Positions 1 through 12,169 of a stretch of 64,000 bases of DNA are shown here, one piece after another; the first letter of the stretch is position 1, and each line of letters opens with the position of its first letter. The notes under the pieces are model-generated. The model saw only the letters and a list, made by a program, of their open reading frames with translations. It was not told the origin of the DNA and did not search any database. The position numbers were made by a program, and so were the translations under genes. The DNA comes from Macrostomum lignano (Eukaryota), in NCBI GenBank assembly GCA_002269645.1, contig NIVC01000948.1, forward strand, positions 1 to 64,000, written 5' to 3'.

Positions 1-230
1 CATGTTTGACCGGAGTCTGGAGGGGTCACAGATGACGCGAACAACTGCATCACTTTTTTCGAGCCTTCTTCCCCACGAATTCAGCTGTTTGACGCGAGGG
101 GCCGGCCGGACTGCTGACGAAATTCCCGGCGACGCTTGAATATTTATGTCCGCTGACCGGTGACTCACCGCGGTGCCGTTCGCTCGAGTGGCCAGGGTGG
201 AAAAAGAAAATGCCAGTTTTTAGCTGCGGC

Positions 231-1080
231 TTCTATCCCTCTCCCTACTCCTCTCTCCTACTCCCCTCTCCCTAATCCTCTCCCTACTCCCTCTCCCTAC
301 TCCCCTCTCCCTACTCCCCTCTCCCTACTCGCCTCTCCCTACTCCTCTCTCCCTACTCCCTCTCCCTACTCCTCTCTCCCTACTCCCCTCTCGCTACTCC
401 CTCTCCCTACTCCCCTCTCCCTACTCCCCTCTCCCTATTCCCCTCTCCTACTCCCCTCTCCCTACTCCCCTCTCCCTACTCCCTCTCCCTACTCCCCTTT
501 CCCTACTCCCCTCTCCCTACTCCCTCTCCTACTCCCTCTCCCTACTCCCCTCTCCCTACTCCTCTCTCCCTACTCCCCTCTCGCTACTCCCTCTCCCTAC
601 TCCCCTCTCCCTACTCCCTCTCCCTACTCCCTCTCCCTACTCCCCTCTCCCTACTCCCTCTCCCTACTCCCCTCTCCCTACTCCCCTCTCCCTACTCCCT
701 CTCCCTACTCCCCTCTCCCTACTCCCCTCTCTCTACTCCTATCTCCCTACTCCCTCTCCCTACTCCCTCTCCCTACTCCCTCTCCCTACTCCCTCTCCCT
801 ACTCCCTCTCCCTACTCCCTCTCCCTACTCCCCTCTCCCTACTCCCCTCTCCCTACTCCCCTCTCCCTACTCCCCTCTCTCTACTCCTATCTCCCTACTC
901 CCTCTCCCTACTCCCTCTCCCTACTCCCTCTCCCTACTCCCTCTCCCTACTCCCTCTCCCTACTCCCTCTCCCTACTCCCTCTCCCTACTCCCCTCTCCC
1001 TACTCCCCTCTCCCTACTCCCTCTCCCTACTCCCCTCTCCCTACTCCCCTCTCCCTACTCCCCTCTCCCTACTCCCTCTC
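231..1080. repeat. Pyrimidine-rich 13-14 bp tandem array (CTCCCTACTCC(C)CT)n
   Basis: Unit read directly; explains spurious ORF 160..1206. Confidence 0.95.
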
Positions 1081-1408
1081 CGTTTTCCAAGTTTTCTCTC
1101 TCTCCGAAACCTCAGTCAATGCTATGATCGATCAGACGTTCCTCTTTCATGCTTTTCAAGCCAAAAGCAAGCAGACTGGAAATTTTTGTTGAGAGCATTA
1201 AAATAACTGGAGTTATTATTTTGCCGCAGATAATTGGCCTCTGTCTACCATAAAACCGTAGGGCCCGTTCGAGAGCATAAATTGTGCTTGTAAACTACTG
1301 GTTGAATCTCCTGCTGTACCTGCGGCTACCCTTTATTGCTGGTCATTCGTATGCCCTCGCAACCCGGTGTGCAATTAGGGGAAGCTCAATTTATTACAGT
1401 TCTAGCTG

Positions 1409-1410
1409 TG

Positions 1411-1464
<54 letters not shown>

Positions 1465-1466
1465 GC

Positions 1467-1549
<83 letters not shown>

Positions 1550-1626
1550 GAGACAGATAGATAGATAGAGAGACAGATAGATAGATAGGTAGGTAGATAT
1601 ATAGATAGATAGATAGATAGAGAGAC

Positions 1627-1660
<34 letters not shown>

Positions 1661-1675
1661 GATAGATAGATAGAC

Positions 1676-1762
<87 letters not shown>

Positions 1763-1781
1763 GATAGATAGATAGATAGAT
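1409..1781. repeat. (GATA)n microsatellite
   Basis: Direct reading; occasional GACA/GGTA variants. Confidence 0.97.
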
Positions 1782-1839
1782 ACATGTCACTCTACTGTAA
1801 TGTCACTCTTGTACAATATCAATCACTGGCACACTGCAG

Positions 1840-4607
1840 AGAAGCCTCAACCGAGTCGCTGAAGGAGAGCATCAAGATGCTCTACATGAACATGGACGTC
1901 CCGGAGGTCAGTCCAACAGACGCATCCGGGTCTCTCAACGTTTCCATTGGGATTGGCGAAGTAGCCCGGCTGGAAAATAATGTAAGTGGCTCTGGGAGGT
2001 GTGGTGAACTCTTGTGTTTTTGTGTTTCCTGGTGCTGACTGCTGACTGCTCAAAGCCCTGTTGAAACCAACCGCTCAGGAGATTGACGTATCGTTCACCT
2101 TGGACCTGCGCTGGAGCCATCGCTTCCTGGAAATGATGTCCGACTCGCTGGAGGCCATCCCACTGAATAGGGACAAACTGTGGACTCCGAGGTTCGTGTT
2201 CCTGAACGCCCGGTCGCTCCGAGAAGAGCAAAACACCTTGTACATGACGCTGGCCGGGGGCCTCACTGCCAAGGCAATTGTGTACAGAGTCTGGTGAGTC
2301 GCTTGCTATCTGTCTACTCGTAACTGCTTCACCGAAATTCAAGCTAAAATGTGTTGTAAAAGCAAAAATTGCACTATTTTTTTCCAAGGCACCGAGCCAC
2401 CGTCCGGTGCGATGGTCCGGCCTTGCAGTACCCACTATCTGACACTCTGTGCAGCATCGTGTTCGAAGAAGGTGACTTGAATGTACATTTTAGGAGAGAG
2501 AAAATATTGGCCTAGACCTTAAGTTGAATGTACATTTCGTGGGGGTGGGAGAATCCAGGCCTAGACCTCAAGTTGAATGTACATTTCGTGGGGGGGGGAG
2601 AATCCAGGCCTAGACCTAAAGTTGAATGTACATTTCGTGGGGGGGAGGGGAGAATCCAGGCCTAGACCTCAAGTTGAATGTACCTTTCGTGGAGGGGAAG
2701 AATCCAGGCCTAGACCTCAAGTTGAATGTACATTTCGTGGGGGTGGGAGAATCCAGGCCTAGACCTCAAGTTGAATGTACATTTCGTGGGGGGGGGGGAG
2801 AATCCAGGCCTAGACCTAAAGTTGAATGTACATTTCGTGGGGGGGGAGGGGAGAATCCAGGCCTAGACCTCAAGTTGAATGTACCTTTCGTGGAGGGGAA
2901 GAATCCAGGCCTAGACCTCAAGTTGAATGTACATTTCGTGGGGAGAGAATCCAGGCCTAGACCTCAAGTTGAATGTACATTTCGTGGGATTGAAGAGAAA
3001 ATCCAGGCCTAGACCTCAAGTTGAATGTACATTTCCTGGGGGGAGAGAAAATCCTGGCCTAGACATCAAGTTGAATGTACATTTGCTGGGGGAGAAAATC
3101 CACGCCTAGACCTGAAGTTGAACGTTTTAACTTAAAGAGAATTCAAGCCTAAATCTATAAAAAGTAGCTGAGGAGAGCAGAGGAAATTTAAGCTCACCTG
3201 CGAATAACGCAAAGTTCAACTTCTAACCTACTCCAGCGAGTCCTCGCGGCCAAAGGTCAGTGCACATGTCACTGGGTCAGCATCATCAGCACAACTGCAG
3301 CTTCAAGGAGTCAGCTGGGAGGCATGCAATTGTCTATCGGCTGTCGAAGCCAATTAGTAGCGATGGTGAGCGCCCTTCCATAAGCCCTGACTTTTTTTCA
3401 TCGTCAGCCGTGGATCGTTAGCTATCTCAATGCCACTTCCCACCTCAACAAGGTCGCAAGTTCGAATTTTGGACCCGAATTTGCATTAAGTCGAGCCTGG
3501 ACGACATGAGCGACGCCCTGCGCCAGTACTGCCTGTCGCTCATTTTGTTGCTTCACTCCTTCGCCACTTTGTACTTCTTTGATCGAAGCACTCGGCTGCT
3601 CATCAACCTGGCCCTGCTGCACATCCTTCTGCTCAACTGGCAGCCAACTGCTCGCGGTCGAATTAGCGCGCTGGACATCTGGATGGCCAAGTGCACCCTG
3701 GCGATCTTTTGCTGTCTCGCCGTTGCCATGGCGACAACAAACGGACCGGCAAACGGCGAAGGCGGCTTCGGCGACGCCGGAACCCGACGGAAGCGTCGGC
3801 AGCAGCAGAGAGACGAGCAGCTGTCCGGCAGGCAGTCAGCCAAGGGCAGCAGCGGCAGCTGCAGCGGGGTGAGCCAGGCTGGCAGCCTGTCTTTACAGTA
3901 GTGCAGAATGTCTTTCTGTGGGACTAAGAAGCTATCAAAGTCAGCACAACCAATCTGTGCAAGTCACTCCTAAACAAGGGGTCACTCTAGTACAATGTCA
4001 CTCTAGTAAAATGTCACTCTAGTACAATGTCACTCTAGTACAATGTCACTCTAGTACAATGTCACTCTAGTAGTACAATGTCACTCAAGTGCAATGTCAC
4101 TCTAGTAGTACAATGTCACTCTAGTACAATGTCACTCTAGTACAATGCCACTCTAGTACAATGTCACTCTAGTACAATGTCACTCTAGTCACTCTAGTAC
4201 AATTTCAATCTAGTACATGAGTTCACCCTAAACAGTACAACAAATCCTGATCCTCTGCATCAAACGCTCAATTTCAGACCTTCCTGATGCCGCGCGATCC
4301 TCAAACTTCGTCATGCGGACTTCGCAACTCAAAGTGCACCACCATATCGGAGTGCAGCGACCACTTGGACCTGTTCCCGGCCGACGAAATTGTTCACCAT
4401 CATCACCATCACTCGCCGCCTGCTCAGCCGACCGGATCGTCGCAGAACGGCGGTCGCGGCTCGGCCTGGCAGACCGCGGCAAAGTCCACCGTGCCTGCCT
4501 GCTGGCTGATCTTGGCCGCCGCGTTCTGGGCCTGCCTGCTGCTGACTGCGGCCAGGTGCGACTCCCTGCTGCCCGAGTGCCACCAGAGAGACCGGCTGAC
4601 TGGCTGA
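1840..4607 (+). CDS. Divergent Cys-loop (pentameric) ligand-gated ion channel subunit; exons 1840-1981, 2079-2293, 2389-2471, 3237-3365, 3453-3868, 4278-4607; first (signal peptide) exon unresolved
   Basis: All five introns are GT-AG and phase-consistent. Protein has IDVSFTLDLRW, LWTPRFVFLN (loop A), C-x13-C Cys-loop CDGPALQYPLSDTLC, M1 QYCLSLILLLHSFATLYF, M3 ISALDIWMAKCTLAIF (like GABA/Gly KAIDxW), M4 VPACWLILAAAFW. Confidence 0.85.
2478..3130. repeat. About 50-bp intronic minisatellite (GGCCTAGACCTCAAGTTGAATGTACATTTCGTG + G-rich tract + AGAATCCA), about 13 copies
   Basis: Direct reading; fills intron 2472-3236. Confidence 0.95.
3988..4217. repeat. 16-bp intronic tandem repeat (TGTCACTCTAGTACAA)n
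   Basis: Direct reading; inside intron 3869-4277. Confidence 0.93.
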
Positions 4608-4744
4608 CATGCGGTCTGCGGCGTCCTGACAGCGACTGACATCAAATATACTTACTCACACAGTGCACTCTCCGCTGGAATTGTTTTACTCGATTTGATC
4701 ATTTTATTTTCTAGTTGTCTCGATCCTATTCGGCTTTTATGCAG

Positions 4745-5110
4745 ACTGTCACTCTTTCTAGCACTCTTACTAGCACTCTTAACAGGGCACATGTACTCTT
4801 TGAGGTGTCTATTTCTAGCACTCTTGCTGTCACTCTTCTTGACACTCTTACCGTCACTCTTGCTGTCACTCTTATTGTCACTATTATTGTCACTATTATT
4901 GTCACTCTTACCGTCACTCTTGCTGTCACTCTTGCTGTCACTCTTACCGTCACTCTTACCATCACTCTTACCGTCAATCTTACCATCACTCTTACCGTCA
5001 ATCTTACCATCACTCTTACCGTCAATCTTACCATCACTCTTGCTGTCACTCTTATCGTCACTTTTATTGTCACTCTTCTGTCACCCTTTACGGTCAGTCA
5101 CTCTTATTGT
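4745..5110. repeat. 12-bp tandem repeat (CACTCTTRCYGT)n, degenerate
   Basis: Direct reading; source of ORFs 4695..5180 and 4715..5161. Confidence 0.9.
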
Positions 5111-5729
5111 CACTCTATTGTTCTCATTCAGGTCTGTCACTCTCCCTTCCACTCTTTCTAGCACTTCTATCTTTCAATAATTGTCACCCACTGTTGTTAT
5201 TTATTACTCACTGTCACTCTATCCATCTAGATGGCACCCCTCCGACTGTCACTATCATTTTTGCACTTAATACTCGCCGCCACTCAGCTTCAATTATCAC
5301 ATTGTCAAACGCATTCACAAACTGCGCAAAATTAGAAAACAGCTCCTCCCACCCCAAATTTGCATAAACACAGAACGCGAACTGGATGGGAAAGTCAGCA
5401 GGGTGGGGGCAGTGCTGCTTCTCTTAGTTTAGCAATCCGGTCACGGATCTGCCCGACATCTGCAATTCACGCCACCGATCAAATGCACTTTAAAAGCCCC
5501 AGCTCCACACGGGGCTGCGCCACTTAAACCGAGATTCTTCCGTGTGCAGGTGATCGTAAAAAACAATTTTTGGAGGGGGGCACCGGGGTTCTTGGCAATA
5601 AAATTTCTGCCGACTGCAGAGCAAACAGTTTTGCGAATTCACAAAAATGGGCTTTGCTAGCCGGGATTCAAGTGTGGGGTGCGTCTGCCCATGCAATCTG
5701 CTGACTGCACTGCCGCCTGTGCCCCTCCC

Positions 5730-6420
5730 ACTCTGACTCTCACTCCCACTCTCACTCCCACTCTCACTCACTCTCACTCCCACTCTCACTCCCACTCCCA
5801 CTCTGAACTTCACTCCCACTCTCACTCTCTCTCTCACTCACTCTCACTCCCACTCTCACTCCCACTCTCACTCCCACTCTCACTCCCACTCTCTCTCTCA
5901 CTCTCTCACTCACTCTCACTCCCACTCGCACTCCCACTCTCACTCCCACTCTCACTCCCACTCTCACTCCCACTCTCACTCCCACTCTCACTCCCACTCT
6001 CACTCCCACTCTCTCTCTCTCTCTCACTCACTCTCACTCCCACTCTCACTCTCACTCTCACTCTCACTCCCACTCTCTCTCTCTCTCACTCACTCTCACT
6101 CCCACTCTCACTCCCACTCTCACTCCCACTCTCAATCCCACTCTCACTCCCACTCTCACTCCCACTCTCACTCCCACTCTCACTCTCTCTCTCTCTCACT
6201 CACTCTCACTCCCACTCTCACTCTCACTTCCACTCTCACTCTCACTCCCACTCTCACTCCCACTCTCAATCTCCCTCTCACTCTCACTCCCACTCTCTCA
6301 CTCTCACTCCCACTCTCTCACTCTCACTTTCAATCTCATTCTCACTCTCACTCTCTCACTCTCACTTTCAATCTCACTCTCACTCTCATTTTCAATCTCA
6401 CTCTCACTCTCACTCAGTCA
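5730..6420. repeat. (CACTCT/CACTCC)n 6/12-bp tandem array
   Basis: Direct reading; source of ORF 5679..6842. Confidence 0.93.
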
Positions 6421-7624
6421 ATCTCACTTTTTTATCAGTCTCACCCCCGAATAGCCCACAACCCACCAGTTCCCTGAACTCCCGAATCCGCCACTCTGGA
6501 ATGCTTAATTTGGCCCCAACTAACCCTCCCCAATGCCTTCCTTCCAGTCTCCCGCATTTTATCCTGCAAGTCGTTACAATTTGGTCTCACCACTCGGCAC
6601 CCCCTAAATTCTCCCGTATCTCTCTCAGTGTATTCATATCCCAATGCTGGTGGCCAGTGAGGCACAATTTATCTTGCTGTCTAGAAATCAGACACACGGC
6701 TCTTGACTGCAGTGGCCAGCCTGCCCTATCTATAAAAATATCCGCTCTTATCGTGCCTTTTTTTGGTTGCCTCCAAGGGCGGAAGGAACGGCCCAGCTGG
6801 GGCTTGGAGGCTGGAAACCGAGTCGGCCACATCCGTGATTGAGAGCTGGGCGGGGGAGCCTGGTGTGAGCAGGTCTCAGTCTGTGCGAGTGTCCCTTGCC
6901 CGTCACGCACACAGCAATTTCTGCAATTGAAAATCTGCCACCACGGTCTGGACTCGAATTCGGCCATCTGCACTGACCCGGGCCTCGCCAATTTAGTAAA
7001 ACTGTCACGTGATGTTTTAAATAGTTTTTAGACACTGAATTTTCTGTTCTCTTCAGTAAGTGGGTGGAGACTGTTGAATGACAGCTTAGGCCAGATTTCA
7101 CTGCCAATTGAAGTGCTGAGGGAGATTGGCGTGGCTTAAAAAGGGCGAACTGATTTTTTAACTGTCCACTGCAACTGGCAAGACTAGCTGATGCTTGAGA
7201 GACTAGCTGAGGATGTCCAGCAGTCGAGGCTTGCCCACTGTCGGGGCTTGATCAGCAAAACTAGAGAAATTCGCATCAGGGTGTTCATAGTCACCTGGTG
7301 CCTCCTGTTGAAGGTCCAGAAGCTCCACCGGGGTGGAAGCCGGTGACCAACCAAGGCAGAGGTGATGCAGACACATGTGGTGGACGTGCTGATGAAATTT
7401 GGAGACTTGACAAGACCGCACTGAGGCGCAGTGCTGATTGGCGCACAGAGGTGTACTGAATACACTGGCGCTTATGGGAAAAATCCGACCTTCTGGGAGA
7501 ATCGTTGAATATCTCGACGGTCCCGAGGGCTGGCGACTTGATTCTTGCTTGAGAAGGTGCGCAGCAAAATTTGAAACCATGTTCTTGAGTTTCGTGTTCC
7601 TGCGTTGCTCTGAAATCCCCCTGA

Positions 7625-9784
7625 CTTACTTGACTTAGCTGCAGGGCGGTCCGAAGACGCAGCGGGGAGGCGAGCGTCGCCCATTCCGCTAATCCCTGAA
7701 AGACCCGCAAAGGCTAGGGCGCGGGGCCGGTCAGGGAGGTCTGCCGGTCCTGTCTGCAGCGTTGTCTTCGGTGGCTCGTTTGGTAGCCCGGAGGAACCGG
7801 ATGAGCCGTGGGATGTTCTCGGGCCGGCAAACGTCAACCAGGGACGGGTTGGGCCCGAGGTGGTTGAGCCGGTCTCGGTTGAAGGCCGGGCAGTAGCAGA
7901 CGAAGTGCTTGGCATCTTCATTCTCGAGGCTGCAGAAGGGGCAGAGTTCACTCCGGCGAAAACTTCGGAGGAAACAGTGCCTGGCAAAGCAACCGTGACC
8001 TGTGAAGGTCATAGTGAGAGCGCAGATATCTTTTCGATTTTGATTCAAAAGGATTCTTCGCAGCTTGAGGGACGGATTGGGCACTGCCGCACGAGATTGG
8101 CGGCAGTTGGAGATACCATCCCATCTGCACAAGTGCAGGATGTCCGCCCAGTCGTTAATCTGACGATTAATGACCGTGGCGGGGATGGGGGCCAGGGGCA
8201 CGGGGCCAAGGGGCGAGCCGGAACAGCCTGCCTTAGCGAGGGAGTCGGCGAGCTCGTTACCTTTGAACCCAGCGTGTCCTGGGATCCACGTATGCCGGAC
8301 GGTGTTCCTCCGAGCCAGCTTGTTGAGCTGCCCGATACAGTCGCGGACTGTTCGGGAGTTCGTAGTGATGTGACACAGGGCCTGCAAAGCGGCTTGGCTG
8401 TCAGAGTGGAAGAAGATTCTTCTGTCCTTGAAGTCCCTGCAGTAGAGCTCAGCTGCACAGGAGCTGATGGCAAGGACTTCGTTCTGGAAGACGCTGGAGA
8501 GTCTGCCAGTGTGTTGGGCGTGAGTAGCGATCACGCGGCCGTTGATAAGGATACAGACTCCAAAGCCGGATAAACCGTCTTTGGAGGATCCGTCAGTGAA
8601 GCAGTGAGCCTCCTGAGGGGCCCAGCTGTCGTTGGCGTTCTCCCTAGAGGGGATAGTGACCTTGAAGCGTTGATTGAGGGAGCGCGGCTCAGCGTCCGAA
8701 AGGACAGCCGCATTCCCACTCTCCTCCAGAACTTTAAGGCTCAGGTCAGAGTGCGGCAGGAGCTTGCGCTCTTTGTGGCTTGAAGCTAACGCCAGCCTCG
8801 ATGAGCCGGCGGGTGGTTTTAGCAGCCTCGCGACGGACAAAGATGTCCAGAGGCGGGAGGCAGAGAAAGGCGTTGAGGCCGTCAAAGGGAGCAGAGAGCG
8901 GGCCATTCAGAATAATGCGGCACGCGCGTCCCTGCACCTTTTTAAGGGCTTCGTAGCAGGTTTTAATCTGCAAGGCGCTGGTCCAGTCCAGGCCGGCGTA
9001 AGTAACGGCCGGTCGGACCATTGCGGTGTAGATCCACCAGAGCCGTTTTGGGGTGAGGCCCCAGGTGGTGCCGACGGCTCTGCGCAGCTGCGCAAGAATC
9101 GCGAGGGCTTTTTTGGTTTTGGCCTGGACGTGGGTGGACCAGCTCAGCCGGTGGTCCAGCGTAACGCCGAGACACTTGGTTTGCTTGCAGGATGGGATTT
9201 CCACCCCGTAAAGCTTTAGTGGGCGAATACGCCAGTTGACCCTGCTGGTGAATATGATCGCGACAGTTTTGGTCTCAGAGAGCCTGAGGCCGCACCTGTC
9301 CGCCCATTGTTCAGCAGAGCGAATAAAGTTTTGCAGAAGATCCCTAAGGGTTTCGGGTGACGGTCCGGATGCTACGGCTGTAACATCATCGGCGTAACCG
9401 ACCTTAAGGATGAGGTCCAGATGGCTGTCCTGAAGGAGCTCATCGATGACCATGTTCCAGAGAACTGGAGAGAGGACACCGCCCTGGGTGCTGCCTTTGC
9501 AGACGGTTACCGTCCGTTGGTGGCCCAGCAGGTGTGGGGTGGCAGTGCGGTGGCTGATCATATACATGATCCACCGGGTGAGGTGCGGGTGGGTTCCTCT
9601 AGCACGTAGAGCTCTGTCAAAGGCCTCAAAGAGGACATTATCTAAGGCTCCAACAATGTCGAGGAAGACAGCGAGAGCGTAGCCATTACCAAGAACGGCT
9701 TTCTCCAGCATGTCGACCAAGGCATGAAGCGCGCTCTCCGTGGACCGGCCTGCCCGAAAGGCGTGCTGGTTCTCACTGAGCGGC
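7625..9784 (-). mobile_element. 5'-truncated non-LTR retrotransposon, LOA/Lian-like (RT + RNase H + CCHC finger)
   Basis: Flanked by exact 15-bp direct repeat CTGAAATCCCCCTGA at 7610-7624 and 9785-9799 (TSD); 3' end has short tandem tail TAAGTCAAGTAAGTCA; clade call rests on motif style (QGGVLSPVLWN, GYADD, WGLTPKRLWWIYTAMVRP) plus RNase H. Confidence 0.9.
7731..9784 (-). pseudogene. Disrupted LINE ORF2: reverse transcriptase (from QHAFRAGRSTESAL) and RNase H (FTDGS, SDSQAAL, WIPGHAGFKGNELAD)
   Basis: RT in ORF 8746..9720 and RNase H in ORF 7731..8906 are in different frames (frameshift near 8775); GSTQG and GALDN deviate from consensus GxPQG and GAFDN; CPFC..HFVCYC zinc knuckle. Confidence 0.9.
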
Positions 9785-10240
9785 CTGAAATCCCCCTGAA
9801 AAGTTCTACTGAATTATTAATAGTCAAAACCCAATGCACCAAAATGGTCTCAAAAATATGATCTGATTAACCAGACTAAAAGCACTTAAATCTTCCTCTC
9901 TCAAAACAGACAAAATTTACGATTGAATTTCAATACCCAAGCCCGTATTAAACTGGTGCAGCGGCAGGAAGTCAGGTCAGCAGCTCGGGATGCTTGGCCG
10001 GATGGTGCGCGTTTGCCATTGGAGAAATGATTTAATGCCGATGCCAAGTACATTCAACTGAGCACAAGCTAGGCGACCTTCAGGCAGGACCTGGAGAAAA
10101 TAAATTCTTTGTTAAACTGCTCTCATTTTAAAGCTGAATAAATCTGATGCATCTTAACTGAAATCAGGAGATTGGGGAGTTTTTTTTCATTTTTATAGGA
10201 ATTATGCTCTGTTTTCTGCTTAAAGTATGTGGAGGTAGAT

Positions 10241-11724
10241 GCTCCTCTCCTCTGATCTCCTCTCCTCTGATCTCCTCTCCTCTCCTCTCCTCTCCTCTCC
10301 TCTCCTCTCCTCTCCTCTCCTCTCCTCTCCTCTCCTCTCCTCTCCTCTCCTCTCCTCTCCTCTCCTCTCCTCTCCTCTGATCTCCTCTCCTCTGATCTCC
10401 TCTCCTCTGATCTCCTCTCCTCTGATCTCCTCTCCTCTCCTCTCCTCTCCTCTCCTCTCCTCTCCTCTCCTCTCCTCTCCTCTCCTCTCCTCTCCTCTCC
10501 TCTCCTCTGATCTCCTCTCCTCTGATCTCCTCTCCTCTGATCTCCTCTCCTCTCCTCTCCTCTCCTCTGATCTCCTCTCCTCTGATCTCCTCTCCTCTGA
10601 TCTCCTCTCCTCTGATCTCCTCTCCTCTCCTCTCCTCTCCTCTCTCCTCTCCTCTCCTCTCCTCTCCTCTCCTCTCCTCTCCTCTCCTCTCCTCTCCTCT
10701 CCTCTCCTCTCCTTTTCCTCTCCTCTCCTCTCCTCTCCTTTTCCTCTCCTCTCCTCTCCTCTCCTCTCCTTTTCCTCTCCTCTCCTCTCCTCTCCTCTCC
10801 TCTCCTCTCCTCTCCTCTCCTCTCCTCTCCTCTCCTCTCCTCCCTCTCCTCTCCTCTCCTCTCCTCTCCTCTCCTCTCCTCTCCTCTGATCTCCTCTCCT
10901 CTGATCTCCTCTCCTCTGATCTCCTCTCCTCTGATCTCCTCTCCTCTGATCTCCTCTCCTCTGATCTCCTCTCCTCTGATCTCCTCTCCTCTCCTCTCCT
11001 CTCCTCTCCTCTGATCTCCTCTCCTCTCCTCTCCTCTCCTCTCCTCTGATCTCCTCTCCTCTCCTCTCCTCTCCTCTCCCTCTCCTCTCCTCTCCTCTCC
11101 TCTCCTCTCCTCTCCTCTCCTCTCCTCTCCTCTCCTCTCCTCTCCTCTCCTCCCCTCTCCTCTCCTCTCCTCTCCTCTCCTCTCCTCTACTTTCCTCTCC
11201 TCTCCTCTCCTCTCCTCTCCTCTCCTCTCCTCTCCTCTCCTCTCCTCTCCTCTCCTCTCCTCTCCTCTCCTCTCCTTTCCTCTCCTCTCCTCTCCTCTCC
11301 TCTCCTCTCCTCTCCTCTCCTCTCCTCTGATCTCCTCTCCTCTGATCTCCTCTCCTCTGATCTCCGCTCCTCTGATCTCCTCTCCTCTGATCTCCTCTCC
11401 TCTGATCTCCTCTCCTCTGATCTCCTCTCCTCTGATCTCCTCTCCTCTGATCTCCTCTCCTCTGATCTCCTCTCCTCTGATCTCCTCTCCTCTGATCTCC
11501 TCTCCTCTGATCTCCGCTCCTCTGATCTCCTCTCCTCTGATCTCCTCTCCTCTGATCTCCTCTCCTCTCCTCTCCTCTCCTCTCCTCTCCTCTCCTCTCC
11601 TCTCCTCTCCTCTCCTCTGATCTCCTCTCCTCTCCTCTCCTCTCCTCTCCTCTCCTCTCCTCTCCTCTCCTCTCCTCTCCTCTGATCTCCTCTCCTCTCC
11701 TCTCCTCTCCTCTCCTCTCCTCTC
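10241..11724. repeat. (CTCCT)n pentamer array with interspersed CTGAT variants
   Basis: Direct reading; source of ORF 10220..11770. Confidence 0.97.
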
Positions 11725-12169
11725 TTACCATCCATCTGCTCTGTGTAAACTGCGGCACCCCAAGCTGCAACTCCAGGTCACATTCTCCTCGGCAAGATCA
11801 GTAATTGAAGAGGCGACGTTCGGGCTTCTCATCAAATAAGTTGCACGGAGAGAAGAGGTGATTCTAAGAAAGATTTATCAGTTTCGGAAGCGATGGAGAC
11901 TGGGAAAATTGTGGAGGGAAGCTGAGTTGCCGGCTCTACCAGATGAGCTCTTCATCATTTGGGCCGCTATTTTTAGATTGCCAACCAGGCACAGTTGAAC
12001 ACTGGTGCATTTTTAACTTTTCAAGTCATTGCAGTTCACGCGGCAATTTCATTTCAGATCGTAAACAAACATAAAGTACCCCGTGTTCTGTCATACCAGC
12101 GTAGTATTTTTTTGCCTTTTTCAGTTTTCTACGAGTAGGTAATTTTGACGTGTGTGTTTAAATTTATTC

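Noticed and set aside
160-1206. 348-aa Pro/Ser/Leu ORF
   Set aside because: Translation of a stop-free 13-14 bp tandem array
1281-1366. Signal-peptide exon for the divergent Cys-loop gene (LLLYLRLPFIAGHSYALATR, phase-2 donor at 1367)
   Set aside because: Phase fits but there is no in-frame ATG or acceptor after the stop at 1278; left unassigned
2478-3130. CRISPR-like constant repeat with variable spacer
   Set aside because: Spacers are related G-run variants, not unique sequences; eukaryotic intron; no cas genes
10220-11770. 516-aa EERRG ORF
   Set aside because: Translation of (AGAGG)n; no coding evidence
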